Below are positions 1 to 7,774 of a stretch of 64,000 nucleotides of DNA, piece after piece. Numbering within the stretch: position 1 is the stretch's first letter; every line of letters starts with the position of its first letter. The stretch comes from Streptosporangiaceae bacterium (GTDB taxonomy: Bacteria; Actinomycetota; Actinomycetes; Streptosporangiales; Streptosporangiaceae). The position numbers and the translations under genes were made by a program. The notes under the pieces are model-generated. The model saw nothing but the letters and a program-made list of their open reading frames with translations, had not been told where the DNA came from and made no database searches. The stretch is taken from positions 2,539 to 66,538 of the forward strand of contig DATNEK010000062.1 in assembly GCA_035553055.1 (NCBI GenBank), read 5' to 3'.

Positions 1-177
1 CGCCGACTTCCAGCCGTTGATCAGCGTGAACGGATGCCAGGTCAGCTTCGTCGTCGCCGCTTTCATCGCCACGTGGCCAGGCGTAGACGCGGCAACCGCT
101 GCGGTGCCGCCGGCCAGCGTCAGCAGGGCCGCCGCCGGTGCGATCAGACGCGCAGACCTTCGCGATAGTGATGCCAT
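1..177 (-). CDS. N-terminal fragment of an exported protein (gene continues beyond the left edge)
   Basis: Absent from the ORF track because it is truncated. Reverse-strand ATG at 175-177 is preceded by AAGGA. Translation MASLSRRSARLIAPAAALLTLAGGTAAVAASTPGHV has a basic RR n-region, a hydrophobic core and an Ala-rich cleavage region. GC3 is high. Confidence 0.55.
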   Translation of the reverse strand, partial: MASLSRRSARLIAPAAALLTLAGGTAAVAASTPGHVAMKAATTKLTWHPFTLINGWKSA

Positions 178-498
178 GCTCATCCTTCGGTCGTTCAAAA
201 CAAATGGGTCAGACAACCACGAATATAGAGTGAGCCCAGGTCAGAAGGCGTGTCTCCGCGACTAACTAGAGACAAGACTGAGACTGGCACCGACCCACGC
301 CCCTCCGGGCTCTCGCCGGCGAGAACAGCAACTTCCAACGCTGCCGTAACTCACCGGAGGTCATCGGCGGCTTCGGTCCAACGCTGCAGCCAGGGAGGCG
401 GTTGCGCTATCGCTTCGAAGATCAACTTCGCGCCACGCGCTGCCGGGCCAGGCGGGACGGCCGGGTGGTCCGGCGCTGTTGTTCGCCGGCGCGCACCA

Positions 499-608
499 AC
501 GACAGCAAAGTGCACAGCGCTGTTGTCCCCACGACAGCAAAGTGCACATCGCCGCCGTTCGCCGACGCGAATCAACAACAGCAACGGGCACATCGCCGCT
601 GTCCGGGG
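499..608. repeat. Degenerate ~33-bp tandem repeat, about 3 copies
   Basis: The 18-nt core ACGACAGCAAAGTGCACA is exact at 499-516 and 531-548. A third diverged unit lies at 565-608, and all units end in CGCTGT/CGCCGT...G-rich tails. Confidence 0.7.
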
Positions 609-627
609 CGGGACGGCCGACCCTGGC

Positions 628-701
628 GGAGAGTTTTCGGGCTCGCGGGGGTGAGTTCCCGGCTCACGGAGGATTTTCGTGGGTGCGGACGAAAATTCTC
701 C
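628..701. repeat. Cluster of direct and inverted repeats built on TTTTCG / CGAAAA cores
   Basis: GGAGAGTTTTCG (628-639) is the near-perfect reverse complement of CGAAAATTCTCC (690-701). Nested elements are GTGAG-N7-CTCAC (651-667) and GATTTTCGT-N8-ACGAAAAT (672-696). Confidence 0.6.
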
Positions 702-813
702 GCGACGGGTACGCAACGCGTCCGGCACACGGCAACCTTCCGCCAGGCAAGCGGCGATCTTCCGCGGTCACTCCGCTCGTGCCCCAGCGCGCCTGGCAAC
801 CCCTACTCGCGGG

Positions 814-2034
814 CTACGAGAGGCGTTCGAAGATCATCGCCATGCCCTGGCCGCCGCCGACGCACATGGTCTCGAGTCCGTAGACCTTGTCGTGGAACTG
901 CAGGCTGTTGAGCAGCGTGGACGTAATCCTGGCGCCGGTCATGCCGAACGGGTGACCGACAGCGATCGCGCCGCCGTTGACGTTCAGCTTGTCGATGTCG
1001 ATGCCGAGCTCCTGGTAGGTGGGGATTACCTGGGCCGCGAACGCCTCGTTGATCTCGACGAGGTCGATGTCGTCGATCGTCATGCCGGCCCGTGCTAGCG
1101 CCTGCCTGGACGCTTCGACCGGGCCAAGCCCCATGATCTCGGGCGACAGCGCGGTCAGCCCGGTGGAGACGATCCGTGCCAGCGGCCTGATGCCGAGTTC
1201 GGCCGCCTTCGTGTCGCTCATCACGATCACCGCGGCGGCGCCGTCGTTCAGCGGGCAGCAGTTGCCGGCCGTAACCGTGCCATCCGGCCGGAACACCGGC
1301 TGCAACGCGGCCACCTTCTCCAGCGTCGTGCCGGCCCGCGGCCCGTCGTCGGCCGAGATCACCGTGCCGTCGGGCATGGTGGCCGGCGTAATGTCGCGCT
1401 GCCAGAAACCGTTGGCGATCGCCTTCTCGGCCAGGTTCTGCGACCGGACCCCGAACTCATCCTGCTCAGCCCGGCTTACGTTCCTGAGCTGGGCCACGTT
1501 CTCAGCGGTCTGACCCATCGCGATGTAGATGTCAGGAATCTGGCCGTCCTCACGCGGATCGTGCCAAACTGGCGCGCCGGCCTCCGCTCGCTCGGCAGCC
1601 CGCGTCTCGGCGTCAGCGAACACCGGGTTCTTCGTGTCTGGCGCGCCGTCGCTGCTGCCCTTGACCAGTCGGCTCACCATCTCCACGCCGGCGGAGATGA
1701 ACACGTCGCCTTCGCCTGACCTGATCGCGTGGTACGCCATCCTGGTTGACTGCAGTGAAGACGAGCAGTACCTGGTGATCGTGGTGCCAGCCATCCCGTC
1801 GAGCCCGAGCATGACCGCGACCACGCGGGCCATGTTGTAACCCTGCTCGCCGCCAGGCAATCCGCAGCCGAGTATCAGGTCCTCGATCTGCGCTGGATCA
1901 AGCTGCGGCACCTTGGCCAGCGCGGCCTTGATCATCTGGATCACCAGGTCGTCGGGACGGATGGTGGTCATGGTCCCCTTGAATGCCCGCCCGATCGGCG
2001 AGCGCGCGGTCGCGACGATAACTGCCTCAGGCAT
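814..2034 (-). CDS. Acetyl-CoA C-acetyltransferase (thiolase)
   Basis: 406-aa ORF with thiolase hallmarks: N-terminal VIVATARSPIGRAFKG, catalytic-Cys region RYCSSSLQ, and C-terminal NVNGGAIAVGHPFGMTGAR and CVGGGQGMA. Confidence 0.95.
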   Translation of the reverse strand: MPEAVIVATARSPIGRAFKGTMTTIRPDDLVIQMIKAALAKVPQLDPAQIEDLILGCGLPGGEQGYNMARVVAVMLGLDGMAGTTITRYCSSSLQSTRMAYHAIRSGEGDVFISAGVEMVSRLVKGSSDGAPDTKNPVFADAETRAAERAEAGAPVWHDPREDGQIPDIYIAMGQTAENVAQLRNVSRAEQDEFGVRSQNLAEKAIANGFWQRDITPATMPDGTVISADDGPRAGTTLEKVAALQPVFRPDGTVTAGNCCPLNDGAAAVIVMSDTKAAELGIRPLARIVSTGLTALSPEIMGLGPVEASRQALARAGMTIDDIDLVEINEAFAAQVIPTYQELGIDIDKLNVNGGAIAVGHPFGMTGARITSTLLNSLQFHDKVYGLETMCVGGGQGMAMIFERLS

Positions 2035-2079
2035 GGTGGCTCCCTGGCCAGGCGATATCGGTGTTTACCGAACAGTAGC

Positions 2080-3726
2080 TCACGTGGACCTGTGCCGAGT
2101 ATTCAGGCCAGCAGCAGGCCGCCCGCCCGGCCGCCCGCGCGTGGGCACGGCCCGCGCACCCACCAGCGCGGCGGCGTTCTGCCTGGCGGCGCCGAGGAGA
2201 TCCCTCGCGTGCTCTCGAACGCTGTAGTCGCCGGGCGCCAGCGACCTTGCGAGCGCGACGTCTAGGTCGTTGCCGCAGCGCTTGAGCAGGACAGAGAAGT
2301 CGCGCCGTACCGGCTCGTGCAGGTCGTAGCCGAATGACCGGTGGATCCGGGCGAACAGCGGCTTATACATCCTGGCCCGCTCGTGCAGCCCGGACGAATA
2401 GGACATCGGGTTCTTCGGCCTGGCCGTGATATAGGCGGGCAGCACGTCGGCGTACGCCTGCCGCAGCACCCACTTCTCGACGCCGTCGCGCACCTTGAAC
2501 CGCGCGGGCAGCCGGAGCGCCAGCTCGACCAGGGCGGGGTCGAGGAACGGCACGCGCGCCTCGACCCCGTGGCCCATGCTGACCCGGTCAACCCGCTGCA
2601 ACTCGGTCCGGCCCAGGTTCGCGATCTTGTGCAGGAACAACCTCCGTTGCTGATCCGTCCTGGCCATCTGGTACATCGGGTACCCGCCGAACAGTTCGTC
2701 GGATCCATCCCCGGTCAGCACGACCTTGACGCCGACCTCGGCGATCCTGCGGAACAGCGGCACGGACACGACCGAGTTGATGATGTCGCCGTACTCGGTC
2801 AGCTCGGAGATCCTGATCGCTTCCCTGATCTCGGGCAGCCGGATCTGGTGCTGCGCGACCTCGATCACCTCGTGCGGGACGCCGAGTTCGGCGGTGAGCC
2901 GCCGCGCGTAGCCGATGTCCTCGCTTCCGGGCGCGCCGACCGTGAATGCGACGCAGTCGGGGTGCAACGCCCGCACGTGCAGGAGCAGCAGCGAGCTGTC
3001 GAGGCCGCCAGACAAGATCACGCCGACCCGGTGCTCGGTGTCGACCCGCGCCTGAATGCTGTCCTGCAGCGCCACCCTGACCAGAGCCATCGCCTCGGCC
3101 TCTGTCTCGATGCTGGCCGGCGCCGCCACATCGCGAACGCCCAGGCTCAGCAGCCCGCTATAGGGCGCGAGCTCGGGCTCGCCGCCCGCCGCTGACCAGC
3201 CGTGCCAGCCGGGCGGCACCTCGCTGATCGGCGCGCCGACCGGCACAAGCGCCTTGATCTCTGAGGCCACGTGCAGGCAGCCGCGGGCGACCGACCAGTA
3301 GAGCGGCTTGACGCCGACCGCGTCCCTGGCCAGGTAGACGCGACCAGTCATCAGGTCGGCGACCGCGAACGCGAACTCACCGCGAAAATTGCGCACGGCG
3401 GTCTCGCCCCACCGCGCGAACGCGGCCAGCACGACCTCGGTGTCGCAGTCGGTGCGGAACTCATGCCCGAGCCCGCGTAGTTCATCGCGCAACCCGCGGT
3501 GGTTGAAGACCTCGCCGTTATAGCAGAGCAGCCACCGGCCGTCAGGCGACGCCAGCGGCTGCGCGCCGCCCGCCGGGTCAACGATCGGCAGCCGGTGCGT
3601 GCCGGCCAGCAGGCGAGCGTGCGCGGCCACTTGCTCGACCTCACCGCGCGGCCTCAGCGCCCCGAGCATTTTGCAGAACATAATCCCGCTCGGACCATGC
3701 CCGGCCACAAGTGCGATGCCGCACAT
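2080..3726 (-). CDS. Asparagine synthase family glutamine amidotransferase (AsnB-like)
   Basis: The track ORF extends to 3999, but class-II amidotransferases need Met-Cys at the N-terminus, and MCGIALV begins at 3726. It also has the SGGLDSS PP-loop. The start lies 5 nt after the stop of the upstream ORF. Confidence 0.9.
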   Translation of the reverse strand: MCGIALVAGHGPSGIMFCKMLGALRPRGEVEQVAAHARLLAGTHRLPIVDPAGGAQPLASPDGRWLLCYNGEVFNHRGLRDELRGLGHEFRTDCDTEVVLAAFARWGETAVRNFRGEFAFAVADLMTGRVYLARDAVGVKPLYWSVARGCLHVASEIKALVPVGAPISEVPPGWHGWSAAGGEPELAPYSGLLSLGVRDVAAPASIETEAEAMALVRVALQDSIQARVDTEHRVGVILSGGLDSSLLLLHVRALHPDCVAFTVGAPGSEDIGYARRLTAELGVPHEVIEVAQHQIRLPEIREAIRISELTEYGDIINSVVSVPLFRRIAEVGVKVVLTGDGSDELFGGYPMYQMARTDQQRRLFLHKIANLGRTELQRVDRVSMGHGVEARVPFLDPALVELALRLPARFKVRDGVEKWVLRQAYADVLPAYITARPKNPMSYSSGLHERARMYKPLFARIHRSFGYDLHEPVRRDFSVLLKRCGNDLDVALARSLAPGDYSVREHARDLLGAARQNAAALVGARAVPTRGRPGGRPAAGLNTRHRST

Positions 3727-3731
3727 AGCGA

Positions 3732-4784
3732 TCAGCCCGTCGCCGGTTGCGGCAGTCTTTGGGGGGTTGTCCCCCCTGGGCGGTACTGCGGGGGGCTCTG
3801 GGGGGTCGTCCCCCCTGGGAGGTACTGCGAGGGGTTCTGAACGATGCTCGGTCGCAAGCACACGTGCCACGCCTGGCCTTCGTCGATGACGTTCACCTCG
3901 CCTGCGCGTTGCCGATCGAGCAACAGCCCGCGCAGGATCCGGTGTGCGTGGAACCTGCGGTACCAGGCCATCTCGATGTCGGCGGCGTATCCAACGCAAT
4001 GCGAGCTTGGCAGCAGCGCGGCGTACCCGAGTTCCCTGAGCCTGCGTTGATGGGCCACGCTTCTGGTGAGGCTGTTGACCCAGAGTGGTGGCGCGCCCCG
4101 AGGCGCGAGGTCAGCGAAATCGTCGGCAAGCTGGTTGAGCCAGGCAACGGTCTGCGGCCTCGCCATCGCCAGCCACAGCCCGGCCGTCCGCGGCGAGCGG
4201 CCAGGCAGCGTGCGGCGCTCGGCCGATCTCGCCGCCCTGGACAACAACGTCCCCGCCTGATGCCGGTACCTGAAAGTGAGCTGATCGATCGCGCTGAGTT
4301 CATCTAGGTCGATCAGTTCGGTCGCGTCGAGCAGATCGTCGTCGGTCTCGTAGCAGTGATCGCGACCCCACCAGACCGCCTCGATCTGGGCCAGCATCGA
4401 GATCCGAATCAGGGCAGCTAGGCTGCGCGGGCTGTTGCGCGCCCGCGGATCGTAGTTGCGCACCTCGAACAGCAGCTTCGCGATCGTCGCGTCGCGCCCC
4501 TCGGGAGTCGATTCGAGCACCGCGGTGAACGCGGGCTCGTCAAGCCGCCGCTCGAGCAAAAGCTCGGCGCTCAGCCGATCTGAGCTATCGAATTGCCTGA
4601 ACTCGACGACAAGTTCGCCGACTGCCGCGCGATACGGGTCGACGTCCGGCTCGCACGGAGCGAAGTCGGCGATGGGCGGCCCGCCGACCAAGGTGTCCGC
4701 GCCGCCCGCCCGATGGTCGGCAAGCCACAGTGTCACAATGCCCCCAGTTGTGATGTGAATGATTTGGCGCCCCCCACAGCGCAC
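3732..4784 (-). CDS. Hypothetical protein with a C-terminal LAS/M15 (VanY-like) zinc-peptidase motif set
   Basis: SSHCVGYAADIEM matches SxHxxGxAxD, and a later DEGQAWHV matches ExxH. GC3 bias is coding-like. The start is uncertain (alternative GTG at 4736). The last ~30 codons are encoded by a tandem REP-like repeat. Confidence 0.7.
   Translation of the reverse strand: MRCGGRQIIHITTGGIVTLWLADHRAGGADTLVGGPPIADFAPCEPDVDPYRAAVGELVVEFRQFDSSDRLSAELLLERRLDEPAFTAVLESTPEGRDATIAKLLFEVRNYDPRARNSPRSLAALIRISMLAQIEAVWWGRDHCYETDDDLLDATELIDLDELSAIDQLTFRYRHQAGTLLSRAARSAERRTLPGRSPRTAGLWLAMARPQTVAWLNQLADDFADLAPRGAPPLWVNSLTRSVAHQRRLRELGYAALLPSSHCVGYAADIEMAWYRRFHAHRILRGLLLDRQRAGEVNVIDEGQAWHVCLRPSIVQNPSQYLPGGTTPQSPPQYRPGGTTPQRLPQPATG
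3758..3835. repeat. Two tandem ~39-bp units, each carrying a G6-TYGT-C6 hairpin (REP-like element)
   Basis: TTTGGGGGGTTGTCCCCCCTGGGCGGTACTGCGGGGGG followed by CTCTGGGGGGTCGTCCCCCCTGGGAGGTACTGCGAGGGG. The reverse complement shares CCCAGGGGG-ACGA-CCCCC with the hairpin at 27826-27845. Confidence 0.85.
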
Positions 4785-4976
4785 TGAGTGTAATGACGCG
4801 ACCGCGAGTGGTAACTGAGTTTGGAGCTACGTCCCTCGTGACCGCGACACCCCCCATGTCGCGATCGCCCGCCCGTGCGCTGGATCGGTCGCTGACCCTC
4901 AGCGGCTACCGGGCTCGCTAGGCTGGGTAGGTCTGGCGAGCGCAGCGTGGCGCCGCCCGCGAGCTGAGGTGGGGTT

Positions 4977-6359
4977 ATGGCTGTCTACGAGTCATTGATC
5001 GACTTGATCGGGAACACTCCGCTGCTCAGGCTGCGCAAGGTCACCCGCCGCATTGGCAGCGGTCATGGGGCGCCCGCGGTGCTCGCCAAGATCGAATACG
5101 TCAACCCAGGCGGCTCGGTCAAGGACAGGATCGCGCTGCGGATGGTGCAGGACGCCGAGGAATCTGGCGCGCTCAAGCCAGGCGGCACGATCGTGGAGCC
5201 GACGTCGGGCAACACCGGCATCGGCCTGGCCATCGTCGCCGCGGAGAAGGGCTACAAGTGCGTCTTCGTCTGCCCCGACAAGGTCGCCCAGGACAAGATC
5301 AGCGTACTGCGCGCGTACGGCGCCGAGGTGGTGGTCTGCCCGACAACCGTCTCGCCCGAGTCGCCCGACTCCTACTACAGCGTCTCGGACCGGCTCGCCG
5401 CTGAGATCCCCGGCGGCTGGAAGCCGAACCAGTACGCCAACCCTGCGAACCCGCAGTCGCACTACCTGACCACGGGCCCGGAGATCTGGACCCAGACCGA
5501 GGGCAGGGTTACCCACTTCGTGGCAGGCATCGGGACGGGCGGCACGATCTCGGGTACCGGCCGATACCTCAAGGAGGTCTCCGGCGGCCGGGTCAAGGTG
5601 ATCGGCGCTGACCCGGAGGGCTCGGTTTACTCCGGTGGCACCGGCCGTCCATACCTGGTCGAGGGCGTCGGCGAGGACTTCTGGCCTGACACCTACGACA
5701 AGACCATCTGCGACAAGATCATCCCGGTAAGCGATGCCGACTCGTTCCTGATGACCCGAAGGCTCGCCAGCGAGGAAGCGCTGCTCGTTGGCGGCTCGTG
5801 CGGGATGGCCGTGGTGGCCGCGCTCGCGGTAGCCGAGCAGGCCGGTCCCGATGACGTGATCGTGGTGCTGCTGCCCGACGGCGGTCGTGGCTACTTGTCG
5901 AAGGTGTTCAACGACGACTGGATGGCCGACTACGGTTTTCTGACCTCAGAGACAGCCGAGCCGCGAATCGCCGACGTGCTCGATCGCAAACGCGGCCAGT
6001 TGCCGCTGTTCGTGCACGCGCATCCCGATGAGACCGTTCGGGGCGTGATCGAGACGCTGCGCGAGTACGACGTCTCTCAGCTCCCTGTCCTGAAGGAGGA
6101 ACCGCCGGTGATGGCCGCCGAGGTTCTCGGCTCGATTACCGAGCGTGAACTGCTCGACGCCCTGGTCACCGGACGGGCGGCGCCCGACGAGCCAGTCTCC
6201 GCGCACATGTCGCCGCCGCTGCCCATGATCGGTTCTGGCGAGCCGATCAGCGCCGCGATCGCGGCGCTTGAGAAGGCAGGTGCCGCCGTGGTGCTCGTTG
6301 GCGGAAAGCCGGCTGGAATGATCACCAGGCAGGATGTACTGACCTTCCTGGCTGGGTAG
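4977..6359 (+). CDS. cbs: Cystathionine beta-synthase (PLP fold plus tandem CBS domains)
   Basis: GGSVKDRIAL (PLP lysine) and TSGNTGIGLA. The C-terminal ~120 aa has a CBS-pair pattern. It is followed by metB, as in mycobacteria. Confidence 0.93.
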   Translation: MAVYESLIDLIGNTPLLRLRKVTRRIGSGHGAPAVLAKIEYVNPGGSVKDRIALRMVQDAEESGALKPGGTIVEPTSGNTGIGLAIVAAEKGYKCVFVCPDKVAQDKISVLRAYGAEVVVCPTTVSPESPDSYYSVSDRLAAEIPGGWKPNQYANPANPQSHYLTTGPEIWTQTEGRVTHFVAGIGTGGTISGTGRYLKEVSGGRVKVIGADPEGSVYSGGTGRPYLVEGVGEDFWPDTYDKTICDKIIPVSDADSFLMTRRLASEEALLVGGSCGMAVVAALAVAEQAGPDDVIVVLLPDGGRGYLSKVFNDDWMADYGFLTSETAEPRIADVLDRKRGQLPLFVHAHPDETVRGVIETLREYDVSQLPVLKEEPPVMAAEVLGSITERELLDALVTGRAAPDEPVSAHMSPPLPMIGSGEPISAAIAALEKAGAAVVLVGGKPAGMITRQDVLTFLAG

Positions 6360-6386
6360 TACCCGCTCATCGAGCAAACACCGTCG

Positions 6387-6506
6387 GATAGTCGCAGTTC
6401 GGATAGTCGCAGTTCAGGTAGTCGCAGTTCAGATAGTCGCAGTTCAGATAGTCGTAATTCAGATAGTCGCACGGCAGATAATCGCGTATCAGAATATCCG
6501 AAATCG
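6387..6506. repeat. 15-bp tandem repeat, about 8 progressively decaying copies
   Basis: Units from 6387 read GGATAGTCGCAGTTC x2, AGGTAGTCGCAGTTC, AGATAGTCGCAGTTC, AGATAGTCGTAATTC, AGATAGTCGCACGGC, AGATAATCGCGTATC, AGAATATCCGAAATC. The array is intergenic between cbs and metB. Confidence 0.95.
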
Positions 6507-6537
6507 GAGTAGAGGTTTAAGGGAGGCGACCGCGCTG

Positions 6538-7746
6538 ATGGCTCACATCAAGGCGACTGACGGGTTCGAGACCCTGGCGATTCACGCCGGGCAGGAACCA
6601 GATGAGCTCACCGGCGCCGTCGTGCCGCCCATTTATCAGGCATCGACCTACAAGCAGGATGGGGTCGGCGGCGTGCGCGGCGGCACGCACGCGGGTGCTA
6701 GCGCCGGCGCCGGCCGCTGGATCGAGGGCTACGAGTACTCACGCACCGCGAACCCGACCAGGGGAGCGCTCGAGGAGTGCCTGGCCGCGCTTGAGGGCGG
6801 GACAAGAGCGCTCGCGTTCGCCTCCGGCATGGCAGCGGAGGACTGCCTGATCCGCACGATCTGCCAGCCGGGCGATCAGGTGCTGATTCCGCACGACGCC
6901 TACGGCGGCACCTACCGCCTGTTTGACAAGGTGCTCGCTGGCTGGGGCCTGCGCTACTACCCGGTGCCGATTTCCGACCCAGCCGCGGTACGGGCCGCTG
7001 TGGCGGCCCACGGCGCGAAGCTGATCTGGGTGGAGACGCCGACCAACCCGTTGCTGTCGATCGCCGACATCGGCCTGCTCGCGGAGATCGCCCACTCGGC
7101 GGGTGCGCTGCTCGCCGTCGACAACACGTTCGCTTCGCCGTACCTCCAGCAGCCGCTGAGCCTCGGCGCTGACGCTGTTGTGCATTCGACCACGAAGTAC
7201 ATCGGCGGCCACTCCGATGTGGTCGGCGGCGCGATCGTGGTGCCGGACGCCGAACTCGCTGAGCGGCTTGCCTTCATGCGGAACGCAATTGGCTCGGTCG
7301 GCGGGCCGTTCGACGCGTGGCTGACGCTGCGAGGCGTCAAGACGCTGTCGGTCAGGATGGACAGGCACTGCGCCAACGCGCTGGCGGTGGCGACGATGCT
7401 GGCCAGCCACCCGAAGGTGGCGCAGGTCTACTACCCGGGCCTGGCCGAGCACCCGGGCCACGAGGTCGCGGCCAAGCAGATGCGCGGCTTCGGCGGCATG
7501 GTCTCGTTCCTGCACGCCGACGGTCCTGACGCGGCTATCGAGATGTGCGGCCGCACCAGGCTGTTCACGCTCGGCGAGTCACTTGGCGGTGTCGAATCGC
7601 TGATCGAGTACCCGGCCACCATGACCCACGCGTCGGTCGCCAGCTCGCCGCTTGCCGTTCCGCCCGACCTGGTCAGGCTGTCCGTCGGCATCGAGAACGG
7701 CGAGGACCTGATTGAGGACCTGCGCGCCGCACTGGGCGCAGGGTAG
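6538..7746 (+). CDS. metB: Cystathionine gamma-synthase/gamma-lyase (Cys/Met-metabolism PLP enzyme)
   Basis: YSRTANPTR and STTKYIGGHSDVVGG (PLP lysine). AGGGAGG RBS lies before the ATG. Confidence 0.93.
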   Translation: MAHIKATDGFETLAIHAGQEPDELTGAVVPPIYQASTYKQDGVGGVRGGTHAGASAGAGRWIEGYEYSRTANPTRGALEECLAALEGGTRALAFASGMAAEDCLIRTICQPGDQVLIPHDAYGGTYRLFDKVLAGWGLRYYPVPISDPAAVRAAVAAHGAKLIWVETPTNPLLSIADIGLLAEIAHSAGALLAVDNTFASPYLQQPLSLGADAVVHSTTKYIGGHSDVVGGAIVVPDAELAERLAFMRNAIGSVGGPFDAWLTLRGVKTLSVRMDRHCANALAVATMLASHPKVAQVYYPGLAEHPGHEVAAKQMRGFGGMVSFLHADGPDAAIEMCGRTRLFTLGESLGGVESLIEYPATMTHASVASSPLAVPPDLVRLSVGIENGEDLIEDLRAALGAG

Positions 7747-7774
7747 CTCGTCTCCCCGGCGATATTTTCCCCAG

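Noticed and set aside
250-911. Stack of 75-169-aa ORFs on both strands (250-654, 351-728, 402-911, 479-883, 572-799 and others)
   Set aside because: They mutually overlap in several frames and translate to Arg/Ala/Pro-rich low-complexity sequence. They lack the GC3 bias of neighbouring genes and coincide with tandem and inverted repeats. I treat the region as non-coding.
3727-3999. N-terminal 91-codon extension of the asparagine-synthase ORF
   Set aside because: Class-II amidotransferases require Cys as the first residue after Met removal, and MCGI occurs at 3726. The extension overlaps the 3' end of the upstream gene and the REP-like repeats.
4785-4976. SAM-type riboswitch upstream of cbs (and in the gap upstream of metB, 6360-6537)
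   Set aside because: I could not find the conserved SAM-I or SAM-IV core sequences or a convincing multi-stem junction by eye. A covariance-model scan would be needed to be sure.
6077-6472. Minus-strand ORF beginning with MRLSELRLSELRLSELRLPELRLSELRLS
   Set aside because: The pentapeptide repeat is only the translation of the intergenic 15-bp tandem repeat. The rest of the ORF is antisense to the 3' end of cbs.
6387-6506. Possible CRISPR array (also considered for 499-608, 34759-34818 and 59831-59980)
   Set aside because: The repeats are directly adjacent with no unique spacers, the units are 15-33 bp and decaying, and no cas genes are present.
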